Positions 1-10,914 of a DNA stretch of 64,000 nt are shown in pieces; the stretch's first letter is position 1, and the number at the start of each line of letters is the position of its first letter. This DNA comes from a bacterium. GTDB lineage: Bacteria; Patescibacteriota; Dojkabacteria; JAKAPS01; JAJZLI01. A program made the translations under genes and the position numbers. The stretch covers positions 7,459 through 71,458 of the forward strand of contig DAHXLB010000011.1 in the NCBI GenBank assembly GCA_027371855.1, read 5' to 3'. The notes beneath the pieces are model-generated. The model was given only the letters and a program-made list of their open reading frames with translations, was not told where the DNA came from and searched no databases.

Positions 1-1050
1 CGTTTCACTAAATGGAATCCCTTTAGCCTCCCATAAATAGAAAGATAGAGATCCAGGAATAGTATTAATCTCTATTAGATAAAATTGATCATTATTTTGA
101 TCTATTAAAAAATCCAACCTTACTATACCTCTGGAATTAAGTATTTTATATGCATTAATTATTACTTTCCTAATTTTATCATCAAGATTATCCCCTATAT
201 TTGCTGGTATTATTTTGTTTGATGATGCCATACCTTCTTGATTTTGAATTTTTTTATTCCCTTTTAGATATTTCTCATCATAACTAAATAGTTTAATATC
301 ATCTTTTTTTATTTCTTCTGATTCTGATAATTCGTACTCTTTTATATTCTGCATCACAGAGTAGTTTATCTCACGCATATTCTCTCCAAATTTTTCAATA
401 ATGACATTATTATCATAGAGAAAATCTTCTGATATAGCATCTTCTAACTCTTCTTCATTTTCAACTTTTTTAACTCCAATACTAGAACCTAAAGATGATG
501 GTTTTACTATGTATGGAAAATCTGAGATAGTTTTTATTTTTTTTATACACTCTCCAATATTACTATTCCATTCATCTATATTAATATAAGTCCAAGGTAA
601 TATAGAAATATTGTTTTCCTCCAATATATATTTCATAACTATCTTATCCATTCCATAAACAGATCCTTTAACTCCAGAACCTGTATAAGGAATATCAAGT
701 ATATCTAAAAATCCTTGTATTGTACCATTTTCTCCATATCCTCCATGAAATGCTAATAGACATATGTCTGGCAATTGCAAAGTTTTTAATTTACCTATTT
801 TAAAAATAACTTTTTTGCTCTGAATTATTATTGTTAGATCTTGAATGCTTAGATTATTAAAATCTTTAAATGTGTCAAATTTTACAAAATCAGGTATATA
901 TTTAAATTTATTATTTTTATCCAAATAAATTGGATATATCGTATATTTATCTTTATTAATTTTTTTTAATATTTGTTTTGCTGTTATTATAGATATTTCA
1001 TGCTCTGGAGATTCACCACCAAACATTAAATATAAATTGATTTTTGACAT
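1..1050 (-). CDS. ddl: D-alanine--D-alanine ligase (3' end runs off window)
   Basis: Manual translation from ATG at 1050: MSKINLYLMFGGESPEHEISI..., FHGGYGENGTIQG, KPSSLGSSIGV, EINTIPGSL; directly downstream of murF; absent from ORF track. Confidence 0.93.
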   Translation of the reverse strand, partial: MSKINLYLMFGGESPEHEISIITAKQILKKINKDKYTIYPIYLDKNNKFKYIPDFVKFDTFKDFNNLSIQDLTIIIQSKKVIFKIGKLKTLQLPDICLLAFHGGYGENGTIQGFLDILDIPYTGSGVKGSVYGMDKIVMKYILEENNISILPWTYINIDEWNSNIGECIKKIKTISDFPYIVKPSSLGSSIGVKKVENEEELEDAISEDFLYDNNVIIEKFGENMREINYSVMQNIKEYELSESEEIKKDDIKLFSYDEKYLKGNKKIQNQEGMASSNKIIPANIGDNLDDKIRKVIINAYKILNSRGIVRLDFLIDQNNDQFYLIEINTIPGSLSFYLWEAKGIPFSET

Positions 1051-1056
1051 AGATTT

Positions 1057-2430
1057 TTATATATAATATAAATCAGTAATCTCATTTTGCATTAATACAA
1101 TATCACCTTTTTTAAGTATACTCTCTTTCATATAATCAAATTCTTTGTAGTCCTTTATATATATTATCTTTTTTTTATTATTAATTCCATTTTCTATGTA
1201 TTTTGTATATGGTGTGTTAAAAAGAAATATGACATTGATTTTGTTTAATAATTCTCCATAACTTTTATTAGCTGATTCAGTCTCCATACCTAGTTCTACT
1301 ATACCACCTGTTAGAATAGCCGTCCTTGATCCCACCTTTTTAGATTTTAAAAACATTAAAACATTTAAAGCTTGCTCGGCAGACTCAATACCTATATTAT
1401 ATGTATCATCTATAAATAGAATGTCCTTTTTGTAATATGGATAGAGTCTTCTCTCTACAGGTTTTATCATTTGAAGCTTACCTTGAATATTAGAAATATC
1501 TAGCAACTTTGCTATATCTATTGCAATGGTAAGGTTAGATAACATAGCCTTTCCTAATAGGCTTGTATGATAAATTTTCTTATCTTTTCTAAAATATGTT
1601 TTTAAATTTGAAAAATTAGTCTCTTTAAATTTAGTTACTCTATATTCCTTACTATCTATTTTAGGAATAGTTTTTATGTTGTATACATCTTCTGGTAAAA
1701 TGACTATTGAGTTTTTTTTTGCAAAAATAATATTTTCTGATTCTGCCTCAATAATATTTTCTCTACTTTTAAATCTTTCTAAATGTTCCGTACCTATTGA
1801 AGTTATTACTGATATATCTGGTGGAAACATTTTACACACTCTTTTTATATCTCCTTTCTTATAAGCTCCGACCTCTAATAAAAGAATTTCTGTATTAAGT
1901 GGCATTCCTGAATTTATTGATAAAGAAATACCCATAATTGTATTCACACTACTTGTATTCACATTACCTTTTGGAGTAAATACTTTTTTATCACCGTTCA
2001 ATAATGTATATATAAATGATGTCGTTGATGTTTTTCCGTACGATCCTGTAACAGCAATAATCTTAAGGTTATTTATACTTTTAACCTTCCTTTTAGCTTT
2101 CTCTATCACTATCCCCTCTAATATTAATGATATTGGTTCTAGTATAACTGACGATAATATAATGTATATAGGTGTTAGAAAATATATGAGGATCACAAAT
2201 AGTATTACAGGGATAATATTTTTTGAATATACTATGGTTAGATATAAAGTTATAATCTGCAAAATCAAAGTAAATACTATATATGTTTTAATTTTAATCG
2301 TATATACAAGTTTATCTTTAAAATTATATTTTTTAAAAATCCTTGATCTTAAAACAAAAAGAATAAATTTATATAAATCATATTCGTACAATTGAAATAT
2401 ATAGAGGTATCTATAATATATATTATACAT
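1057..2430 (-). CDS. murF: Mur ligase, MurF-like, with N-terminal membrane segments
   Basis: AVTGSYGKTST P-loop, EHLERF, IDDTYN motifs; adjacent to ddl. Confidence 0.85.
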   Translation of the reverse strand: MYNIYYRYLYIFQLYEYDLYKFILFVLRSRIFKKYNFKDKLVYTIKIKTYIVFTLILQIITLYLTIVYSKNIIPVILFVILIYFLTPIYIILSSVILEPISLILEGIVIEKAKRKVKSINNLKIIAVTGSYGKTSTTSFIYTLLNGDKKVFTPKGNVNTSSVNTIMGISLSINSGMPLNTEILLLEVGAYKKGDIKRVCKMFPPDISVITSIGTEHLERFKSRENIIEAESENIIFAKKNSIVILPEDVYNIKTIPKIDSKEYRVTKFKETNFSNLKTYFRKDKKIYHTSLLGKAMLSNLTIAIDIAKLLDISNIQGKLQMIKPVERRLYPYYKKDILFIDDTYNIGIESAEQALNVLMFLKSKKVGSRTAILTGGIVELGMETESANKSYGELLNKINVIFLFNTPYTKYIENGINNKKKIIYIKDYKEFDYMKESILKKGDIVLMQNEITDLYYI

Positions 2431-3172
2431 TTTTGTTCTCTTTTAAATTTAAATATTTTTTTATTATACCTGTAAAGAGATAAGGATTTTCAAGATGAGC
2501 GAAATGTCCATTGTTTTTCATAACCTCCAAAACAGATTTTTCTATGCCATTTTTAAATATATATGCATCTTTTAAGTCTAATTCTTTATCTTTGTCACCC
2601 CAAAGTATCAATGTAGGGGTTTCTATTTTATTAAGTTTTTCTTTAGCATTATAAGATATAGCATTTAAAAATAGATTTTTATATTCCTTTGCATTCTTAT
2701 AATCATTACTTCTTAGTTTTCCTGCTATATAAGCAGATCCAGGTATTTTTTTTAGGAATTGTATTTTTCTATATGGGGTTTTATGTATTATTCCTGCAGA
2801 GCTAAACAATATTAAATTGGAGACAACTTCTTGGTGTTTAGAGGTGAAATCTATTGCTATTCTACCACCAAATGAGTGTGCTAATATATTAACTTTTTTT
2901 ATTTTTAAATCATTTATAAAAGAAAATAAATATTCACTATAATCTGAAGTCATAAAATTATAGAAGCTATCATCTTTACTATCTCCAAATCCAGGTAAAT
3001 CAGGACATAATATATCCATATCTTTAGACAATAATCCTATTACTCCTTCCCAAGATTCCTTATTTTGCATCCATCCATGTAGTATTAATAGTGGTATTTT
3101 TCTAGAAGGACCTTTTGAATAGAAATAATACATTTTTTTATAATGCATATTTTGTAAATTGTTATCAGACAT
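2423..3172 (-). CDS. alpha/beta hydrolase
   Basis: HGW, DLPGFG, AHSFGG nucleophile elbow, GHFAH; start placed at 3172 (TATAAT 6 nt upstream) rather than 3202. Confidence 0.88.
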   Translation of the reverse strand: MSDNNLQNMHYKKMYYFYSKGPSRKIPLLILHGWMQNKESWEGVIGLLSKDMDILCPDLPGFGDSKDDSFYNFMTSDYSEYLFSFINDLKIKKVNILAHSFGGRIAIDFTSKHQEVVSNLILFSSAGIIHKTPYRKIQFLKKIPGSAYIAGKLRSNDYKNAKEYKNLFLNAISYNAKEKLNKIETPTLILWGDKDKELDLKDAYIFKNGIEKSVLEVMKNNGHFAHLENPYLFTGIIKKYLNLKENKNV

Positions 3173-3255
3173 ACTGTGATTATACAATAAGGGAGTGTTC
3201 AATTAAAGTTTGTATTAATATATAATTATACATATACTTTATTATAAAAATTATA

Positions 3256-3882
3256 GTGAATATATTTTTAAATCTTTTGTTTGGATTTATTATATCTGGA
3301 GTGGCATTTATTCTTATTATAGTATTTGACTTTATAGCAAATTTTTTTATTGATAATAAGAATATAACTAGAGGTATTATACATATTTTTTTTGGATTGG
3401 TTTCAATATTTCTAGCTCTCCATCTCCTTGAAGTATCTTTCATTACTATAATTATTCTATCTTTCTTTATAATATTTCCATCATATAAATTAAAACTACT
3501 TTCATCTATTCATGGAGTTCACAGAAAGACATATGGAGAATTATTTTTACCTGCAGGTATTTTATTTGCATATATATTTTCTTTTTCAAATATGCATTAC
3601 TTTGTAGCTGTAGTTTTAATACTTACACTTGCTGATCCTATTGCGGGGTTTGTTGGTAGTTATATAAATAAAACTAAAAAAACTAATCTGGGATCTATAG
3701 CTTTCTATATAGTAACGTTTATTATTCTATATATAATGTTTCCTCAATATAACATAATTTATATTGCTATAATTGGATTAATAATTACTTTAGTTGAAAG
3801 GGTCTCTATTTTGGGGGCGGATGATATTACAATACCATTATCCGCACTTGTACTTATTTATCTTCTTGCACTATTTTCATAA
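3256..3882 (+). CDS. dolichol/phytol kinase-like polyprenol kinase (CTP-dependent membrane family)
   Basis: TRGIIH, LADPIAGFVG, KKTNLGS, DDITIP motifs; multi-pass hydrophobic. Confidence 0.75.
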   Translation: MNIFLNLLFGFIISGVAFILIIVFDFIANFFIDNKNITRGIIHIFFGLVSIFLALHLLEVSFITIIILSFFIIFPSYKLKLLSSIHGVHRKTYGELFLPAGILFAYIFSFSNMHYFVAVVLILTLADPIAGFVGSYINKTKKTNLGSIAFYIVTFIILYIMFPQYNIIYIAIIGLIITLVERVSILGADDITIPLSALVLIYLLALFS

Positions 3883-4885
3883 TACTTCTGGCAAGTTTAC
3901 TACTATCATGTCTTATCAATGCTCTCTTAGTAGTATCACCTTTTTGTGGTACTACAGTTTTTTGTGAGATAACATTAAAGCGTCTTGCTTTATCATTATC
4001 TGATAGATCATCTATAATTGGGTAACCTCCTTCTTGCTCATATTTTCTTAATATGTTTTCAGGATATTTTCCATTATTTAATAATATAAAGTCTATTATG
4101 TTCTTACCAATATATTTCTCTATATCTTGAATACAGTCAGAAGCTTTATACTTATAAGTCTCGCTTTTTTTAGATATTAAGTTCATAACATATATAACTT
4201 TAGCTTTATTCTGAGAATCTTTGGTTCCATAACCCTTGGATTTTTTGATTGCATCAATTGTTCCACTCACAATAAAATTTGGTAATACACTTGTGTATAA
4301 GTCCCCTGGCCCAATTATTATATAGTCAGCATTTAATATAGCATTTTCAGCATCAAAAGAAATCATTACCTCTGGTTCTAGATATAGTTTTTTTATTCTG
4401 TATACTTTCTTATTATAATCTTGGCCTGTTCCTATATCATCATCACCTTTTACTATTTTACTATTTTCAAGTTTGGCTACTAAGGTAGCTTTTTGAAGTG
4501 ATACGGGAAGTACAGTGCCTTTAATATGTAATATTTTACCCATCTGTTTTATTGCTTCTTGCTCAGACCCTAAAATCTCTATAAGACCAGTTAAAAGCAG
4601 ATTGCCTAAGCTATGACCTTGTAACCCCTTCTCTCCTTTATCAAATCTATATGTAAATAATTGTCTTATTAATGTTCCATCTGGGGATAAAGCTGTTATG
4701 CATTGTCTTATATCTCCAACAGGTAATATACCAAATTCATCGATAAGTCTTCCAGTTGATCCACCATTATCAAAAGTAGTCACAATAGCTGATATATTAC
4801 AGTTTTTAATTTTTTTTATCCCTGATAATAATGTGAAGGATCCAGTTCCTCCACCTATTGTTACTATGTTAAGATTTTTTTTCAT
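3854..4885 (-). CDS. yvcK: YvcK/GlmR family (UDP-GlcNAc-binding gluconeogenesis factor)
   Basis: IGGGTG, DNGGSTG, GHSLGNL, GPGDLYTS, RHD motifs. Confidence 0.92.
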   Translation of the reverse strand: MKKNLNIVTIGGGTGSFTLLSGIKKIKNCNISAIVTTFDNGGSTGRLIDEFGILPVGDIRQCITALSPDGTLIRQLFTYRFDKGEKGLQGHSLGNLLLTGLIEILGSEQEAIKQMGKILHIKGTVLPVSLQKATLVAKLENSKIVKGDDDIGTGQDYNKKVYRIKKLYLEPEVMISFDAENAILNADYIIIGPGDLYTSVLPNFIVSGTIDAIKKSKGYGTKDSQNKAKVIYVMNLISKKSETYKYKASDCIQDIEKYIGKNIIDFILLNNGKYPENILRKYEQEGGYPIIDDLSDNDKARRFNVISQKTVVPQKGDTTKRALIRHDSSKLARSIMKIVQEDK

Positions 4886-4928
4886 ACAATTGATATATTA
4901 GCAAATTTAGCTATAAAAAGAAATTTTA

Positions 4929-6188
4929 TTATTTTACATTTAACCCTATTTTAGATATATATTCTTTTATTGTACTCTCATCTATTTTCTCTCTTGATTG
5001 TATCCTTCCAATTTCAATATTAGGATTTATTAAACCTTTGTTTTGTAATAATAGTAAATTATTACCATTAATACTTGTTATATCATAACCATCATTTATT
5101 TTTTCAAAATTCCTATTATATACACCATTAAAGTTAGACTTCATTTCTATAACATCATCTTTGGTGTTACGTATAATAAGTTGATTTAAATGATAATCAT
5201 CAAAAAGTAATTTATTAATTTTATCTACATCTATAGAGTATTCTTTGTTTAGAAACTCCAAAATATGAATTAATTTAAATGGCATCTCTCCTTTTTCTTG
5301 TTGTATTTTTGAGAAGGTTGGCATAGTTGCGTTCTCTCTTGCATTGATTTCAATAAGATATACCCTCTCATCATCTACTATAAAGTCTGCACCAAACATA
5401 CCTTTATAATTATCCTTCTTTAGTATGTTCCCTATCTGTATCATTGCATTTTGCAATAACTCTTTCTTTTTTTGATGGAGTTTGGTATTCCAATCATTGC
5501 CTACAGTACCTCCTTCATATTTGGTTAAATAAGATACTCCAGTTATCTGTTTTGTTAGATTACCAGTCAATATTCCATACTTAGTGACTACTCCATTTAG
5601 TGTATAATATTCTCCATCTATGAATCTTACTGCCTTTGCGTATCTTTTTGCGTATCTTGTCTTTAATTTATAATAATCATCTACATTTTTTATAAAAAAT
5701 GTAGTATTCCCACTTTGACCTCCTTGGAATTGAATTACAAATTTATTTCCTAGTGTATTTTTTAAGGATTCGTAACTATCTTTTTCTAAATTTATTATTT
5801 TTGTCTCAGGAATTAAATCTTTGAAAATTCTTACTATTTCTAATTTATTTTCATATTTTCTATTTAACCATGAGTCTGTATTTAATATATTTTTGTGATT
5901 TAAAGTAAACTCTATGTTAGGAGCTATTTTAAAAAACATAAAATATGGGTTTTTAAATTGCCCGATAAACTCTTTTGATTTACTCTCTTGTAATAATTTA
6001 TTTGAATTTCTAAATATTTCTATATTTGGATTGTCTTTTTTTAAAGAATAATATGATTTGATAAAGTTTAGTATATATGAGTCATCAATGCATAATATAT
6101 GATAATTCGAAATTATATCCTCAATACCAAGTGCTCTCTCAGGATCATTAGTTACATAAATTATATCTATATTATCTAGTTCTTTCAT
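4929..6188 (-). CDS. ATP-grasp domain protein, substrate unknown
   Basis: GQSGNTT loop, GMFGADF, YLIEINAR. Confidence 0.8.
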   Translation of the reverse strand: MKELDNIDIIYVTNDPERALGIEDIISNYHILCIDDSYILNFIKSYYSLKKDNPNIEIFRNSNKLLQESKSKEFIGQFKNPYFMFFKIAPNIEFTLNHKNILNTDSWLNRKYENKLEIVRIFKDLIPETKIINLEKDSYESLKNTLGNKFVIQFQGGQSGNTTFFIKNVDDYYKLKTRYAKRYAKAVRFIDGEYYTLNGVVTKYGILTGNLTKQITGVSYLTKYEGGTVGNDWNTKLHQKKKELLQNAMIQIGNILKKDNYKGMFGADFIVDDERVYLIEINARENATMPTFSKIQQEKGEMPFKLIHILEFLNKEYSIDVDKINKLLFDDYHLNQLIIRNTKDDVIEMKSNFNGVYNRNFEKINDGYDITSINGNNLLLLQNKGLINPNIEIGRIQSREKIDESTIKEYISKIGLNVK

Positions 6189-7150
6189 ACTGTATCTGGA
6201 TCCGCGGATCCTGTAAATAAAAGTATTACTCTATTAAATTTATAACCTTTTTTTAAAGCTTTTTTGAGTCCTGCAACTGTTAAAGCTCCTTCTGGTGATG
6301 TAAAAATATCATTTTTTATAAGTTGTTCTTGTGCTTTTTTAATCTCTTCATTTTGTATTGTCCATCCCCATCCCCTACTTTTTTTTATAACATCAATAAC
6401 TTTCTTTTTTCTTTCAGTTACTCTTGCCACTATAGAATCACATAAAGAATTATCTTCTTTAATAAAATCATTATCATAAAATTTGGATAGAGTATTTATT
6501 TTGGATGTTTGTACTAGATGAATTTGACAATTACTTGAGAGTGACTTAGATATCCCATACAATGTTGTTCCACTTGATACCGGGATAAATATTGAATCAG
6601 CCCTAATGTTTTCTATCTCTTTTGATATAGTTTTAAATCCTTCTATAGCATACTTGTCTTTAGAGCCTCTTAAAAGAGTGATATTTTTCTCTTTAGAATA
6701 TTTAAATGCGTCTGATAAAGGTTTTTTTGACTGGTGAATGCTAATTTTTTTTGAGTTTTTTTCTATATATTTAGCTAGTCTTTTTGTTTTTTCTTTAGAC
6801 AATTTATCTGAGATAAAGATGTCTAAATTAATATCTGCAAGTTTAGAATATGCTATTGCTGATATTGCGGTATTACCAGATGATGGGACTACAATATTCT
6901 CAATCTTTTTAGATTTTAGATAAGATATAAGGAAGGCTAAAGACCTATCTTTGGATGATCCAGTAGGATTTTTATCCTCTCTTTTTGCATATATATATGG
7001 GATTCCTGTTTCTTTTTCTAAAAAACCTAATCTTAAAAGTGGAGTACTTCCTTCATTTTTCGTTACTCTATATTTTTCTAGCACATTATATGAAAATAAT
7101 TCTTCATATTTCCAAATTCCTTGCATCTTGATGCCTTTGATACCTTTCAT
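6185..7150 (-). CDS. PLP-dependent enzyme, threonine synthase-like (fold type II)
   Basis: EGSTPL, KREDKNPTGSSKDR, SSGNTA, PVSSGT, LFTG. Confidence 0.85.
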   Translation of the reverse strand: MKGIKGIKMQGIWKYEELFSYNVLEKYRVTKNEGSTPLLRLGFLEKETGIPYIYAKREDKNPTGSSKDRSLAFLISYLKSKKIENIVVPSSGNTAISAIAYSKLADINLDIFISDKLSKEKTKRLAKYIEKNSKKISIHQSKKPLSDAFKYSKEKNITLLRGSKDKYAIEGFKTISKEIENIRADSIFIPVSSGTTLYGISKSLSSNCQIHLVQTSKINTLSKFYDNDFIKEDNSLCDSIVARVTERKKKVIDVIKKSRGWGWTIQNEEIKKAQEQLIKNDIFTSPEGALTVAGLKKALKKGYKFNRVILLFTGSADPDTV

Positions 7151-7194
7151 GTATTAATTTTATCATAAATATTACTATTTAGTATCATTATAAG

Positions 7195-7758
7195 CTATAT
7201 CTTTATATTTGTAATTTTGGGAATACCATACTTCTTTTTAAATTCATTCAATATTTCTATTTTATCCTCTCCAAAAGCCTGTAGTTCTAATTTAATATCA
7301 TCAAATGTACTAAATGTTCCTCTTTTAGAGTGAAAATTATCAGCATAGCATAGAATTTCTTCTTCAGTGCTTTCTGGAATAAAATCTTTTAAGGGTAATG
7401 GTAATTTTTGTCTTTTAATATCATTTTTTGATATTCCTACACCTGTATGATGAGATGCAAACCTAGCAATTTTATAATCAACTCCATTCCCTATTAAAAA
7501 TTTCTCTCCTAAAATGCCATGTTTTATATATGGAATCTTTATACTATAATCTTTATTCAGACAAAAATACGCTCCTATATCATGTAACAATGCTCCTGCT
7601 ATTAATAGATCAATATCAATATTCTGAATTTTTTTGTTTTCTATTATCTCTAAACTGAAATCTTTTACTATATTAGAATGTTTTAGAATTATATCACCAG
7701 ACACTCTAGCTATATCTGATGCTACTTTATGCAATTGCAATATTTTTTTGTATGTCAT
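7195..7758 (-). CDS. HD-domain phosphohydrolase
   Basis: H...GALLHDIG...HG...HH...YAD. Confidence 0.85.
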   Translation of the reverse strand: MTYKKILQLHKVASDIARVSGDIILKHSNIVKDFSLEIIENKKIQNIDIDLLIAGALLHDIGAYFCLNKDYSIKIPYIKHGILGEKFLIGNGVDYKIARFASHHTGVGISKNDIKRQKLPLPLKDFIPESTEEEILCYADNFHSKRGTFSTFDDIKLELQAFGEDKIEILNEFKKKYGIPKITNIKI

Positions 7759-7950
7759 TTTGAATAAATATTAAATATTTTATATATATTTTTAAAAATA
7801 ATTATATCATAGTCCTGGTCCTAACTTTGTCCACGATGAGGAGCTTTGTATATTTGTATTGTTCAATTTTTATATAATATATCTCTTGTATATTTTTTTA
7901 ATATGATATAATGTATATGTAATATATATACTTAAATACTGCTGAATTGA

Positions 7951-8271
7951 ATGGATAACATAAAAATATTTAATGGGAATATATTATTTGAGTGGAATGA
8001 AGGTAATATTATAAAAAATGTAAAGAAACATAGTATTACTAATGAGGAAAGTGAATCTATATTTTTTGATATTAATAAAATAATATACAATGATACTCCT
8101 CATTCAAATAATGAAATAAGGTATATAATATTAGGAAAAAGTAAATTTGGGAATATGTTATTTACTGTTTTTACAGAAAGAAATAAAAAAATAAGAATAA
8201 TATCTACAAGAACAGCAAATAAAAAGGAGGTCAATTTTTATGAAGAAGAAAATAGAATTACCAAAATTTAA
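7951..8271 (+). CDS. brnT: BrnT family type II toxin
   Basis: FEWNEGN..KH, IRIISTRTANKKE; overlaps downstream antitoxin. Confidence 0.88.
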   Translation: MDNIKIFNGNILFEWNEGNIIKNVKKHSITNEESESIFFDINKIIYNDTPHSNNEIRYIILGKSKFGNMLFTVFTERNKKIRIISTRTANKKEVNFYEEENRITKI

Positions 8272-8497
8272 AAACGAAACTGAGGAAAGAACTTTTTGGG
8301 AGAAATTTGACCTCTCAGAATACGCAGAAAAAGGAGATTTTAGAAAGGTTGCTTTTCCTGATTTAAAACCCACATCAAAAAGTATATCCATAAGAATACC
8401 TACATATATACTTTTAAAACTAAAAGAAGAAGCTAATAGTAAAGATATCCCTTATCAAAGCTTGATAAAAGAATTTATTGTAAATGGATTAGGATAA
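8240..8497 (+). CDS. BrnA/CopG-like antitoxin
   Basis: PKFKNETEERTFW, ISIRIP, IPYQSLIK RHH-type signature. Confidence 0.85.
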   Translation: MKKKIELPKFKNETEERTFWEKFDLSEYAEKGDFRKVAFPDLKPTSKSISIRIPTYILLKLKEEANSKDIPYQSLIKEFIVNGLG

Positions 8498-8499
8498 GA

Positions 8500-10890
8500 C
8501 TATACCTTGTTATCATTAAAAATAATATTTATTATAGTATTTTTTTTAAATATAACTTTTTGTATATTTTCCTCTCTTATCTTATCTTTAAATTTAAGAT
8601 TCTTGAAAAGCATTTTTACTATTTCATCTTCTTCTAGGTCTCTTAATACTTTAATATTTCCCCTATACTTACCATTTATTTGTATTGGAAGATCAATATA
8701 TGTATTAGTTTTATCTTTAATAACTTTAGTAACTTTAGGCCAAAGTTGTTTATGTATACTATATTTCTCTTCTATAACCTCCCATAATTCCTCCGATATG
8801 AATGGAGCGAATGGTGATAATACAATGATAAATTTTTTGAAAGATTCTTTAGAGATGCTACCAATTTTCTCAACTTCATTTAGGTATTTCATAAATTCTG
8901 AAACACATACATTAAATTTTCCGCTTTCTATATTTTGTGAGACAGATAATACAAGTTCGTTTATAAGAGTATAATCTGTTGTATTATTTAATGTATTTTT
9001 ATCTATAATATTTTGTAATCTCCATACCCTATCTATAAATCTTCTGACACCTATTATAGAACGTGTATTCCAACTATTGGATTGTGATAAAGGCCCCATA
9101 AACATCTCATACATTCTTAAAGAATCAGCACCATAGGTTTTTTCTGCAAATTCTGCAGATACTACATTGCCCCATCTTTTTGACATTTTCCTTCCATCAG
9201 GACCAAACATTTTTCCTTGATGTCTCAATTTAGTGAATGGTTCATTAATAGTAATTATTTTTTCTTCATTAAGGACTCTAGTTATAAATCTTGAATATAG
9301 AAGATGCCCTGTTGTGTGTTCGTCCCCCCCTACATAAAAATCTATAGGGAGCCATTTTTTAAATAGAGCTTCATCTCCTAAACTTTGTCTATTATCTGAA
9401 TCAATAAATCTTAGATAATACCAGGAAGAGTCTACAAATGTGTCTAATGTTTTAGATTCTCTTGTTGCAGGTTCACTACAAATAGGACACTCTACTATCA
9501 TAAATGAACTAGATGATGCTAGAGGGGGGGTGCCTTTAGGTCTATAATCTTTGATATCTTTTGGAATTAGTACTGGTAAATCTTTTTCTGGGACAGGGAC
9601 TTCTCCACATTTTTTACAGTATATTATTGGAATTGGAGCACCCCAATATCTTTCTCTTGATACTAACCAGTCTCTTAATTTATATTCTGTAGTTTTTTTT
9701 GCCATTGTAGATAAATCTTCTATGATTTTACTTTTGGCAACGTCAATTGCTATCCCTTTATATTTACCATACACTACTATACCTTTTTTATAATCAACAA
9801 CTTCTCTACTCTTGATGTTATGCAATTTGGCAAAAAGTTTATCTCTCTCATCATGAGTAGGAACTCCCATTACTGCTCCAGTACCATAATCCATTAGAAT
9901 GTAATCAGAAATATAAACTGGTATTTCTTCTTTATTTATAGGGTTTATAGCTATAATCCCAGTATCAAAGCCTGTTTTCACATCTTTTTTCCTTTTAATT
10001 TCTGATTGAGGAGACACAGTTTTTATATAGTTCTCAATTTCCTTTACCTTCTCTTTATCTTTAACAAGGTCAATATATTTAGATTCTGGAGCAATGGCTA
10101 TAAATGTAGTTCCATATATTGTTTCTATCTTTGTTGTAAAAATTTCAATATATTCTTTAGTATCTTTAATTTTGAATTTTACCCTAACTCCTTCAGATTT
10201 ACCTATCCAATTGTTTTGAGATACTTTTGTACTTTTTGGCCAGTCTAAATTTTCAATATCACTAATAAGAGCTTCTATATATTTTGTAATTCTAAAAAAC
10301 CATTGTTCTATATTTTTAAGTTCTACCATTGATCCACATCTTTCACATAATCCTTGTATTACCTGTTCATTTGAAATTACAGTAAGACATGAAGGACACC
10401 AATTTACAGGAGCCTTCTTTTTGTATGCTAATCCTTTATTGTATAATTTTAAAAAAATCCATTGAGTCCATTTATAATATAACTCATCTGATGTATCAAA
10501 TTCACGATTCCAATCTATACCAATTCCTGCATTTAATAGTTCCTGTTTGAAAGCTTTTGTATTTTCACGAGTAACATCAAATGGGTTTTTATTATTCTTA
10601 ATTGCAAAATTTTCTGTAGGTAAACCAAATGAATCCCACCCCATTGGATGTAATACTTCAAAGCCTTTCATTCTCATAAATCTAGCTACTATATCTGTTG
10701 CTGTATATCCTTTTAAATGACCAACATGTAACCCTACACCAGAGGGATAAGGAAACATATCTAGTATATAGAATTTAGGTTTTGTAGAATAGGAGTCTGT
10801 TTTATAAAGATTCTCTTTATACCATATTTTCTTCCATTTGTTTTCTACTTCTTTATGATTATATTCTAAATTATTTATCATTGGTCTCAA
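8500..10890 (-). CDS. leuS: leucine--tRNA ligase
   Basis: MFPYPSG, HVGH, KMSKR. Confidence 0.97.
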   Translation of the reverse strand: MRPMINNLEYNHKEVENKWKKIWYKENLYKTDSYSTKPKFYILDMFPYPSGVGLHVGHLKGYTATDIVARFMRMKGFEVLHPMGWDSFGLPTENFAIKNNKNPFDVTRENTKAFKQELLNAGIGIDWNREFDTSDELYYKWTQWIFLKLYNKGLAYKKKAPVNWCPSCLTVISNEQVIQGLCERCGSMVELKNIEQWFFRITKYIEALISDIENLDWPKSTKVSQNNWIGKSEGVRVKFKIKDTKEYIEIFTTKIETIYGTTFIAIAPESKYIDLVKDKEKVKEIENYIKTVSPQSEIKRKKDVKTGFDTGIIAINPINKEEIPVYISDYILMDYGTGAVMGVPTHDERDKLFAKLHNIKSREVVDYKKGIVVYGKYKGIAIDVAKSKIIEDLSTMAKKTTEYKLRDWLVSRERYWGAPIPIIYCKKCGEVPVPEKDLPVLIPKDIKDYRPKGTPPLASSSSFMIVECPICSEPATRESKTLDTFVDSSWYYLRFIDSDNRQSLGDEALFKKWLPIDFYVGGDEHTTGHLLYSRFITRVLNEEKIITINEPFTKLRHQGKMFGPDGRKMSKRWGNVVSAEFAEKTYGADSLRMYEMFMGPLSQSNSWNTRSIIGVRRFIDRVWRLQNIIDKNTLNNTTDYTLINELVLSVSQNIESGKFNVCVSEFMKYLNEVEKIGSISKESFKKFIIVLSPFAPFISEELWEVIEEKYSIHKQLWPKVTKVIKDKTNTYIDLPIQINGKYRGNIKVLRDLEEDEIVKMLFKNLKFKDKIREENIQKVIFKKNTIINIIFNDNKV

Positions 10891-10914
10891 ATAATTATTT
10901 TAATTAATATTTTT

